Source: an uncultured Methanosarcinales archaeon (lineage in GTDB: Archaea > Nanobdellota > Nanobdellia > Woesearchaeales > CAYNQH01). Taken from it: a stretch of 26,792 nt of DNA. The notes beneath the pieces were generated by a model. It saw only the letters and a list, made by a program, of their open reading frames with translations, had not been told where the DNA came from and searched no databases. The first letter of the stretch is position 1, and each line of letters opens with the position of its first letter. Both the position numbers and the translations under genes were made by a program. The DNA lies in NCBI GenBank assembly GCA_964399255.1, contig CAYNQH010000001.1, positions 1 through 26,792 on the forward strand, given 5' to 3'. This document shows, piece after piece, positions 17,191 through 24,517 of this stretch.

Positions 17191-18195
17191 ATGGGCATCA
17201 TAAACGCAATAGTCATTAGTCCTGCTGTATCCTTAGCCAGCCAGACAAAGCTGAGTTTCTTGACATACCTCCTCTTGAGGATGAAGATAAGGATGGCAGC
17301 CTATTATCCTTTCTATATATCTATAAGCATAGGCCTGACAGCATTGCTCTTCCTTTTCTATTACCTTGCTATCTATAAGAAGCATCCTCATGTAGTCCCT
17401 CTTTTGGCTCAGATGCAGGGTGCTATGGACGCAAAGGCAGGGGCAGTCCAGGCAGTGCCTCAGAAAAAGAAGCTTGATGAGTTCAGGGAAGAAGTCCTTT
17501 CAAGGAACTATCAGATGCCTGGCAAGGATGACCAGAGAGTGAGGCTGCGCCAGGATAAGGTTGTGCTTCCGTTCCTCCGGGGAGAAGGGAGCGAAAGGGA
17601 GAAGGAGTTCTTATTCAAAGAGCTGGAGGATAAGAAGAAGCTTGAGCAGGTAAGGCAGAACCTATCAAGATGGAAAGGCCTTTTCTCAGCTTTTCTTGGC
17701 AAGCAGGAGGATCAGGATAAGGCAAGCATACTTTCTAAAATAGGGCTGTTGTCTGTCTCTTTGTCTGTGAAGGTAACAAAAGGCATAAGCTCCAACCAGA
17801 TAAGGCCTGAGGATGCGGTAGATATGTTCAGGAATCCTGACGAGAAGATGGCCAGGGCTGTGATGGAAAACCTTCTCCTAAATGAGGAAGAAGAATCTTT
17901 CGTGCTTCAGGCAAGACAGGACTATGCGGATCTTGTTGGTGAGGAAAGAGAGCTTGTAAGATCGATTGAGGAAGAGAGGAAGAAGCTTGAGCAGTTCAGG
18001 CTTGCGCATGCAAGTACAAGGCAGAGAGCTAAAGAGCTGTTCTCAAGATTTGATGATAAGCCTGCATCCGATGGTGCAGTCAAGAAAGCAGGGCCTCAGG
18101 AAAAGCCTCAGCCAAACTCTCAGCCAAACTCTCAGCCAAACTCTCAGCCAAACTCTCAGACTAGATATCCTTCAAGGCCTGGAGGCGATGCCTGA
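17191..18195 (+). CDS. Hypothetical membrane-anchored, charged coiled-coil protein (334 aa)
   Basis: TM segment ISIGLTALLFLFYYLAIY, E/K/R-rich helices, QPNS repeat tail. Has its own promoter and SD and overlaps the next ORF by 1 nt. No family recognised. Confidence 0.7.
   Translation: MGIINAIVISPAVSLASQTKLSFLTYLLLRMKIRMAAYYPFYISISIGLTALLFLFYYLAIYKKHPHVVPLLAQMQGAMDAKAGAVQAVPQKKKLDEFREEVLSRNYQMPGKDDQRVRLRQDKVVLPFLRGEGSEREKEFLFKELEDKKKLEQVRQNLSRWKGLFSAFLGKQEDQDKASILSKIGLLSVSLSVKVTKGISSNQIRPEDAVDMFRNPDEKMARAVMENLLLNEEEESFVLQARQDYADLVGEERELVRSIEEERKKLEQFRLAHASTRQRAKELFSRFDDKPASDGAVKKAGPQEKPQPNSQPNSQPNSQPNSQTRYPSRPGGDA
18107..18159 (+). repeat. 12-bp in-frame tandem repeat (CAGCCAAACTCT) x4
   Basis: Four perfect copies at 18109-18156 plus partial flanks; encodes QPNS x4. 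Confidence 0.97.
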
Positions 18196-18818
18196 TGGAT
18201 AGGGAGAAGGCAATATTCATAATCGAGAATGTCCTGATATTCCTTGTTATCTCATCAGTGATATTCCTATTTGTGGCTGCAGGCCACATAATGATAAAAA
18301 GGCCTCCTCCAAGGATAGAGTTCTTAGACGAGACAGGGCAGAACAACCTTGCAGGGAAGGTATTCCTCGATGATGATAGGGTGGGGGTTACAGGCTTGAG
18401 GGTCTTTGACCTGATGCCTGACAGCTACTGCGACAGGAAATACCAGCTCAGGCTTGAGACGAACAGCCTCAACCTTACCTGGCTTACAAGCCCTTCAGAC
18501 TGCATGGTCAGCTATATATCTTATAATATGAAGAAGAAGGCATATCATCTTACCTATGATACTGCCACTTTCAGGTTTATAGATAAGGAAGAGATGAGGT
18601 ATATAAGCGGAACATTATATTTTGACGGGGCATACATAGGGATGGTGGTGGCTAACCATACTGTTACGGCAGAAGAATGCCAAGGCATTAAAGAGATTAC
18701 AGTCACCTCATTCAGAGGGTCTCAGTCTGTGACTTCAATGTGGGAGAATAACCAGACCCTGTGCGGCATGCAGGAGGTCATAGACCTGTATATACTGAAC
18801 AAGACTATCGAGGGCTGA
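18195..18818 (+). CDS. Hypothetical N-terminally anchored secreted protein with two internally duplicated beta domains (207 aa)
   Basis: One N-terminal TM, duplicated motif F.D....(L/I).G.(V/L)..D...(V/I)G, four N-x-T sequons (NLT, NHT, NQT, NKT). Confidence 0.75.
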   Translation: MDREKAIFIIENVLIFLVISSVIFLFVAAGHIMIKRPPPRIEFLDETGQNNLAGKVFLDDDRVGVTGLRVFDLMPDSYCDRKYQLRLETNSLNLTWLTSPSDCMVSYISYNMKKKAYHLTYDTATFRFIDKEEMRYISGTLYFDGAYIGMVVANHTVTAEECQGIKEITVTSFRGSQSVTSMWENNQTLCGMQEVIDLYILNKTIEG

Positions 18819-18981
18819 AAGTCTTTGGAAGAGAATATCTTTTAAGGATTTAACCAAGCTGACTGCAAAATGAGCCATATTTAATGGGGCATGCAAATTC
18901 TTAAGATATACTGCCTTAAGGGTAGAAGATATATAAAAGATGATCTCTATGGATTATGGCCCTGTTCAGATAGATTTTTAA

Positions 18982-19782
18982 ATGATAGGTGATTCACTTC
19001 CTGTTATGGGAGTGATGATAGGGCCTTTGGATATAGAGATTCCTTATTGGTTAGCTGCAATATGCATAATCATCCCGATCCTTATAATAGCGCCATTTTC
19101 TATAGGGCCTGACTGTCATGGATACTGCACAAAGGAAGAGGCAGGCACCCTTATGGCAGTCCTCTTGATAACTATGATAGGGAGCCTTGTGCTGCTGACA
19201 ATAGGCTTATCTGCATGGCAGATAATTGCTGTAATATCATCCAAGATACAAGGGCCTACTTTGCCTTTCGAGAAGATAGATGGGATAATGGGGATGTCTT
19301 TCACATTAGGGGCGCTTACAGTGGCACTCTTGGCAGTTGCTATGAGCACCTCTTATGGATTTCACTTAGCATATCTTTCTATGTTTATACTCCCTGTCGC
19401 TTTCTTCATAGCAGGATTTTTGCTGATGAGGCACAGGTATCTCAAGGTCAGGGGCAAGGCAATACTTAATGTAAGAGGGACCACTATCACGACTGACTTC
19501 CTGAATGTCGAGATGGACATGCTCTATTCCATAAATCGCAGGCATCCTTACCAGATAACTTCTGTAGGTGTGCATCCTGGGACGCATAAGAAGATGAGAT
19601 TCTTCAGCGACCACATCTGGATCAATCCTACAGGATATGCTCCTAAGAAGATAAAGGTAAAGGTAGATCCCCATGATCCCCATAACTATCACATGGACCT
19701 TTCATTCCTGAAGGAGCATGAAGACCTGAAGGATATTAATTGGGATGGTGTGATAACAGAGAGGTTCAGGATTAAGGATTAA
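18982..19782 (+). CDS. Membrane protein with C-terminal DUF3592-like domain
   Basis: Four TM segments then ...FFSDHIWINPTGYAPKKIKVKVDPHDPHNYHMDLSFL, a pattern I recognise from DUF3592-type proteins. Start codon uncertain. Confidence 0.6.
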   Translation: MIGDSLPVMGVMIGPLDIEIPYWLAAICIIIPILIIAPFSIGPDCHGYCTKEEAGTLMAVLLITMIGSLVLLTIGLSAWQIIAVISSKIQGPTLPFEKIDGIMGMSFTLGALTVALLAVAMSTSYGFHLAYLSMFILPVAFFIAGFLLMRHRYLKVRGKAILNVRGTTITTDFLNVEMDMLYSINRRHPYQITSVGVHPGTHKKMRFFSDHIWINPTGYAPKKIKVKVDPHDPHNYHMDLSFLKEHEDLKDINWDGVITERFRIKD

Positions 19783-19784
19783 AA

Positions 19785-19835
19785 TGCTTTGTTTATCTCT
19801 TCTATGACTCTCTGTGCACGCTGGTCTTCAGAGCG
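19785..19835 (-). pseudogene. 51-bp relic homologous to the middle of the PLD gene (21063-21113)
   Basis: Translates RSEDQRAQRVIEEINKA versus PLD CPEDRCAQQVIEEINNA. By hand 35/51 nt are identical, with six differences at third codon positions. Confidence 0.65.
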
Positions 19836-20646
19836 AGGATTTCTTTTTTGCGACTATAAAAATGTTATCTCCAAGATTAAGTGATACAATGATCTTTAAG
19901 ATAAATATGGCTGCTTTTCTGATCAATTTCGGAATCCTAACAGGAACGTGGTTCATAGTAAGGATCTCTATTTTGATGATATCAAAATTATGGTCTTCTA
20001 AAAGCTTTTTAATGCTCTTTATAGAAAAAAAATTAAGGTGCTGACCAAAACCTTGTCCATACCATGATGTTCTTTGTATAAACGGGAAGATCCCATATAT
20101 ATAAGGTACACCAATCATGAAGTAACCGTCTTTTTTTAATATCTTGTTTACATGATTCATGAATTCGTATAACTTATCAACATGTTCAAGAACATGATTC
20201 ATTGTAATTAAGTCATATTTAGAATTTATCTTTTTGACTTCAGTATTGTGTATCTTGAATCCTTTTTTTCTCAGGGCTTTTGTTAATTGTTTGTCAATCT
20301 CTTGTCCTTCTGCTTTTAAACCCCTCTCTAGGGATATCTTAATTAGATGACCTTTTCCACAGCCAATATCTAAACTTGAACCTGTTATATTATAATCTTT
20401 TATTGCTTTTTTGTAAGAATCAAAATGTACTAATTGAGCCTTGTAATCTTCATCAAAATTAATCTCACTTATCTTTGTTTGGTATATCTTTTTTTTGTTT
20501 GTTTCATTGTATGGTTGAGGGTAAGGCTTGATAAGACCACAATTATTGCATTTGAATAAAGGGTATATCTTTGGGCCGGACGTTTCATTAAAAAAATGTA
20601 ATTTCTTAAATGAACTTTCTTTACAAATAATGCACTTTTTTAACAT
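19828..20646 (-). CDS. Class I SAM-dependent methyltransferase with N-terminal Zn ribbon (Methyltransf_23-like), AT-rich
   Basis: CIIC...CNNC, LDIGCGKG (motif I), DLITMNHVLEHV, LKKDG, HLNFFS..SI..LL. Confidence 0.9.
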   Translation of the reverse strand: MLKKCIICKESSFKKLHFFNETSGPKIYPLFKCNNCGLIKPYPQPYNETNKKKIYQTKISEINFDEDYKAQLVHFDSYKKAIKDYNITGSSLDIGCGKGHLIKISLERGLKAEGQEIDKQLTKALRKKGFKIHNTEVKKINSKYDLITMNHVLEHVDKLYEFMNHVNKILKKDGYFMIGVPYIYGIFPFIQRTSWYGQGFGQHLNFFSIKSIKKLLEDHNFDIIKIEILTMNHVPVRIPKLIRKAAIFILKIIVSLNLGDNIFIVAKKKSSL

Positions 20647-20667
20647 GGAGTTTTGTTTTTATTATAG

Positions 20668-20681
20668 TTTATAAACTTTTC
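20668..20681 (-). promoter_or_regulatory. BRE + TATA promoter, probably leaderless transcript
   Basis: GAAAAG-TTTATAAA on the minus strand, 22-29 nt upstream of ATG 20646. Confidence 0.6.
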
Positions 20682-20714
20682 TAGCGCATTTTATGATTGG
20701 TTTTTATTTATGCC

Positions 20715-21710
20715 TTATACTTTACCAAATTCCTCAAGAAAATTCTTAGCAATATCCTTGTCATGTATTATCAGCATATTCTCATCATTGTTCTCGTTGC
20801 CGTTCTTTGTAGGGTTGAAAGAGCCTGTGATGACTGTCTCATTGTCGATGATGAATACCTTGTGGTGCATCTTGTAAGGATTGTGGTCCCACATGACATC
20901 CATGCCTGCATCCAGCATCTTTTGGTATTCATTGTATGCGTTGTTCTGGGTCTTCTCGAATACTCCTTTGACTTCAATCCCATCGGATCTTGATCTTTGT
21001 ATTATCGCGTCACCTATCCCATCATGCGTAAAGGAGAATGTCATGAAGTGGATGCTTTCCTTAGCATTGTTGATCTCTTCAATGACCTGCTGCGCGCATC
21101 TATCTTCAGGGCAGAAGTAGTTCTCCATTGTCTTGTTGTTTATGATGATCTGAGGATATCTTACATCCTCTCCTCTTCCGAACACTCCTCCCCAGAGCTC
21201 ATCAAACTCGTCTTCATAATTCTCTGCAAGATAACGAGAATAAAATACTGCAAGATTGTTGTTGTTCCTGTAGTTCCCGTTGAACGTCGGGTTGAATGAG
21301 CCTGTAGTGACGATCTGGCCGTCGATGACACAGAATTTGTTATGCGAGAGCTGGCTGCTTGTGTCCTGCCTGGCAAAGCTGAGATGCTCTACCTGCTCAA
21401 AGTTGTCATTGTCTACGACGAGCTTGACATCCAATGTCTTGCTCTTCTTCTCTAGCGCTTCTATCAGCTCAGGCAGGTCAAGATCATAAAGTGCGCAATG
21501 AACAGATTCTTCTGCATCGCTTATCTTATCTTCCAGCACAGATGAACAGTTCTCTCCAGGGCAGAAATACACTTCAGGAGATGGTGCAGATTCTGAGGGT
21601 ATCTGAGGCATAAGCCTATCTGTCATGATAGGATAGCATCCTATTACAAGCGCTATCCCTAGGATTGCTGCGTAAATTGATTTCTTCATCAATAACCTTT
21701 TGAAGTACAT
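20715..21710 (-). CDS. Phospholipase D superfamily protein with two HKD motifs, N-terminal signal/anchor
   Basis: HNKFCVID...TGSFN and HHKVFIID...TGSFN, duplicated YFCP motifs. Alternative start ATG 21689. Confidence 0.92.
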   Translation of the reverse strand: MYFKRLLMKKSIYAAILGIALVIGCYPIMTDRLMPQIPSESAPSPEVYFCPGENCSSVLEDKISDAEESVHCALYDLDLPELIEALEKKSKTLDVKLVVDNDNFEQVEHLSFARQDTSSQLSHNKFCVIDGQIVTTGSFNPTFNGNYRNNNNLAVFYSRYLAENYEDEFDELWGGVFGRGEDVRYPQIIINNKTMENYFCPEDRCAQQVIEEINNAKESIHFMTFSFTHDGIGDAIIQRSRSDGIEVKGVFEKTQNNAYNEYQKMLDAGMDVMWDHNPYKMHHKVFIIDNETVITGSFNPTKNGNENNDENMLIIHDKDIAKNFLEEFGKV

Positions 21711-21748
21711 TTTTTATAAGCCTTTCCCTCTTGGATTCGGACAGATTT

Positions 21749-22249
21749 TTATTTGTATGGAAGATTTTTTATCTCTTCCACGCTTTTCAGAAGGGAGAAT
21801 TTAGTCTCGAGATGCTGATTCTCAAGGGAGTCCAGGAGCTTGCCTAGCTTGGTTGGCTTTCTCTTTTCCAGCTTGATTTTTTTCAGCTTTGCAAAGAGCT
21901 CTAACTCCTTGTAGCGCACTGTCCTGAAGAGCTTTATGATGTTCTTGTCTTCTCTCTTAGGCTGCCTGCCTTTGAATGTCCTCTCTAAGAAATCTTCTAT
22001 CTCATCATCCAGGGTCCAGGGAAGGACTTTCTTGTCATGCCTTCCGGATTTCACGACCTTGATAGGCATGCTGATTATGCTGCTGATGAAATATCTTGAT
22101 AGGTCGTCTTTGATAAGGAGAACCTTGTTCTTCTCTACGGCCTTGGTCAGCCTTAATTCTTTCCTCACCCTGCTTTCTATATTTCTTAAGAAACAGGGGG
22201 TACAAAGCCTTTCAAAAAAGGCATTTTTACCGCATATTTTACAACCCAT
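21749..22249 (-). CDS. Degenerate, shortened TtuA/Ncs6-like (PP-loop family) protein lacking the SGGKDS loop
   Basis: CKIC...LCTPCF..IESRVRKELR zinc-finger start and the C-terminal KLFRTV..KEL..FAKLK...LLDSLE.QH..TKFSLLKS pattern, but no SGG.DS. Start set at ATG 22249 (track uses GTG 22291). Confidence 0.55.
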   Translation of the reverse strand: MGCKICGKNAFFERLCTPCFLRNIESRVRKELRLTKAVEKNKVLLIKDDLSRYFISSIISMPIKVVKSGRHDKKVLPWTLDDEIEDFLERTFKGRQPKREDKNIIKLFRTVRYKELELFAKLKKIKLEKRKPTKLGKLLDSLENQHLETKFSLLKSVEEIKNLPYK

Positions 22250-22327
22250 ATGGGACGAGAAAGGCTGTCCATTTAAAATTCTTTCCCTCACCCTTTAATT
22301 GTTACTACTCAAAAATACTTAAAAAAA

Positions 22328-22342
22328 CGAAAGATTTAAATA
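22328..22342 (+). promoter_or_regulatory. BRE + TATA promoter with no downstream plus-strand ORF
   Basis: CGAAAGA-TTTAAATA, the same form as the promoters at 14693, 17142, 24481 and 24908. Confidence 0.6.
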
Positions 22343-22364
22343 TAAGTTGCAATATATAGGTATT

Positions 22365-22497
22365 GTTGGGGTGCATATAATCTTATAATCACCTCTTTTT
22401 CCCTCGTAAATGCTCCTTGCGAGCATTTACAGGGTTTATGCTCACCTCTTTTTCCCTTGCAAAACATTCTTCGGAATGTTTTGCTTGGGTTTTTTTT
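22365..22497 (+). ncRNA. Candidate ~130-nt structured small RNA with two anti-Shine-Dalgarno-hairpin units and a U8 end
   Basis: TCACCTCTTTTTCCCT occurs at 22389-22404 and 22442-22457. Each copy runs into a 14-bp stem (22401-22434; 22454-22489), the second closed by C(UUCG)G. T8 at 22490-22497. Confidence 0.55.
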
Positions 22498-22506
22498 AAT
22501 AATCCT

Positions 22507-22559
22507 TCAGATTAAGCTTTAACAATCTCTGTTCATTATTAGATGATAAGGATCATCAC
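22507..22559 (-). ncRNA. Possible C/D-box guide sRNA
   Basis: GTGATGA (C box, 22553-22559) and CTGA (D box, 22507-22510) are 42 nt apart. Internal D' CTAA and C' ATGAACA are degenerate. Lies 23 nt downstream of a same-strand stop codon. Confidence 0.35.
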
Positions 22560-22582
22560 ATCAAGTCTAGAATTATACATGT

Positions 22583-24409
22583 CTATTTTCTCAGCCGGAT
22601 ATACTGTTTTACCTTCTGCTTCTTAAGGCTATGATCCGCTTTGCTGCCTTTCTTCCTGATAATCAGTATAGCAGATAGGATACCTATAGCTATCCCTCCT
22701 ACCAGGGCCACTAGAGCTCTTGGCTGAGGCGCTATCCTTATGCTGAACCCGAAATTCTCAGGCTTTTTCTCTTCAAGGTATAGGCTTATATCGCTGAGCT
22801 CTATAGCATACTCTGCGTATAATAATGATGAGTACTTATCATTATCCTTCAATGATTGGCTGTATTCATGGTAAGAGTATCCTACTATCGGGAATATTTC
22901 ATTGTCTATCTGTCTCTGGATAGTCTTCCTTGCTGCCTTGAGCTTCTGGTCTATAAGCTGGTCCACTCCGTCTTTCTCTAAGCCTATAGTGCTAAGCACT
23001 ATGTCTATCTTTGCCTTTGCCTTGCTTGCCTTGAAAAGGCATAAGGCAAAGTCTTTGTTATTGCGGTCCGCGATAGCCACCTCTATGTCTGTCCTCACCC
23101 CTTCAACCAGTCCTGGGAAGAACAATGTGGAATATTGGTATCTTTCTTCTGCTTCATTGATCTTCTCAGTGCATGCTCTTTCAATCAATGATCTGTCGAG
23201 CATGAACTCTTTCCCTTCCTTGCCGAAGAAGCTGCTCCACGAGTATGCAGAGTAAAGCCTTTCTATAGCTGCTGCAAGCGAGTACAATGATCCGTCTGTT
23301 GAATTTCCTTCCCTCAATTCCTTTGCGCTTTCTATATGCGCTGAAGCTTCCCTTATCCTTTCCTTCACTACTGTGTATGCCTGGAGGTCAGTGATAGTGT
23401 CTAAGGTGAAGTTGTCTATCTCACTGTCCATCTTAAGGATGTTTGTGCTAGTGACATTTACTATGCCTAAGAATTCCGCATCAGAAAGCTGTAAAAGCTT
23501 GAGCTCCTGAAGCTCATAGTCTACATTTGCGCCATAGCAGAAGCTTGCGGCTGAATAGTACAAGTTATCCAGGTAAGCTTCCTTGGCTTTCTCCCTAAGC
23601 CTGAAAGCATTCTTCTCTATCTCAACAAATTCCTTGTCGATTATATCATGGTCTGTTATGTTGAACTCTGACACTCTTGCTTCAAGGAATAAAGACCTGT
23701 TGCATAATATCATGGCCAGATTCTGCATTATGCTCTTGTATTGGGGGTTCATCCCTATCTCTGAAGGTCCTTCCTCTAATTCTGTTCCCGCATAATGATG
23801 CAATGCTTCCTCAACATCACTGACTTCTATGACCTCTATGCCAAGCTCTCTTCCCATAGCTATGATATCTATGCTCTGGTTGTTCTCTGTTACTTTCCCT
23901 TCACCACGAGGCACAAGGACCTTGCTTATGTTATTCCTGGCAGCAGCCTCTACCTTTGCTCTTATGCCTCCTACAGTCCCTATTAGGTTGCCTGAATTTA
24001 TAGTTCCGGTAGTTGCTATATTGTCATCTATCTTGATATTCCCAAGAAGGGATATAGTCAGGATCGAGATGGCAGCTCCTGCACTTGGGCCTCCTACGAT
24101 GGCGGAGTTTGATTTTATAGTATAGAAGAAATCATAGCTGCTGCAGTCCTTGTCGAGGTATTTGCATGCTATCTCCTTGGCGAATCTTGTCGAGAACTGG
24201 GTGTCAAGCTTTGTTACGGGATAGGTCTCTATGAATACCCTTCCTGCCCCTTGTTTTATATCCAGATAAAGATCTGCTATGCTTCCTGTATAATTTCCGT
24301 TATTTTCGCTGACAGCAAGGAGCTTGAGGTGCCCCTGCTCTGCTGATACTACCTGGATAAACAGTAAGAATATCAGGAATACAAACAAAAATCCTTTTCT
24401 ACCCCCCAT
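22583..24409 (-). CDS. Archaeal secreted Lon-like (S16) serine protease without ATPase domain, C-terminal membrane anchor
   Basis: Signal peptide, VGGPSAGAA (catalytic Ser), TGTINSGNLIGTVGGIRAK (catalytic Lys), long helical region, TM ALVALVGGIAIGILSAILII, basic tail. Confidence 0.88.
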   Translation of the reverse strand: MGGRKGFLFVFLIFLLFIQVVSAEQGHLKLLAVSENNGNYTGSIADLYLDIKQGAGRVFIETYPVTKLDTQFSTRFAKEIACKYLDKDCSSYDFFYTIKSNSAIVGGPSAGAAISILTISLLGNIKIDDNIATTGTINSGNLIGTVGGIRAKVEAAARNNISKVLVPRGEGKVTENNQSIDIIAMGRELGIEVIEVSDVEEALHHYAGTELEEGPSEIGMNPQYKSIMQNLAMILCNRSLFLEARVSEFNITDHDIIDKEFVEIEKNAFRLREKAKEAYLDNLYYSAASFCYGANVDYELQELKLLQLSDAEFLGIVNVTSTNILKMDSEIDNFTLDTITDLQAYTVVKERIREASAHIESAKELREGNSTDGSLYSLAAAIERLYSAYSWSSFFGKEGKEFMLDRSLIERACTEKINEAEERYQYSTLFFPGLVEGVRTDIEVAIADRNNKDFALCLFKASKAKAKIDIVLSTIGLEKDGVDQLIDQKLKAARKTIQRQIDNEIFPIVGYSYHEYSQSLKDNDKYSSLLYAEYAIELSDISLYLEEKKPENFGFSIRIAPQPRALVALVGGIAIGILSAILIIRKKGSKADHSLKKQKVKQYIRLRK

Positions 24410-24480
24410 GACCTGGATTTATAGATACTGGTATTTATTATTTTCTGTTTTATTACCATTCTAAAGTACTTATTTATAAA

Positions 24481-24497
24481 CGAAATGTTTTTAAATA
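24481..24497 (+). promoter_or_regulatory. BRE + TATA promoter
   Basis: CGAAATGTT-TTTAAATA, placing the start site near ATG 24518. Confidence 0.55.
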
Positions 24498-24517
24498 ACG
24501 GATTATATGGTATGCCT

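Noticed and set aside
17966-18202. 78-aa alternative-frame ORF with SQTL repeats
   Set aside because: It is an out-of-frame reading of the same 12-bp repeat inside the 334-aa gene.
18949-18981. 10-codon upstream ORF MDYGPVQIDF abutting ATG 18982, faintly like GPLDIEI in the downstream protein
   Set aside because: Too short to be significant, and the nearest TATA (about 18930) would start transcription inside it.
22309-22377. 23-codon minus-strand ORF after the SD-like GAGGTGA at 22389-22395
   Set aside because: SD-to-ATG spacing is 12 nt, it runs through AT-rich promoter sequence, and it has no coding features.
22389-22457. Two exact 16-nt direct repeats with a 37-nt spacer as a mini-CRISPR array
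   Set aside because: The repeat is too short, there are only two copies, the spacer is itself a hairpin arm paired with the repeat end, and no cas genes are in the window.
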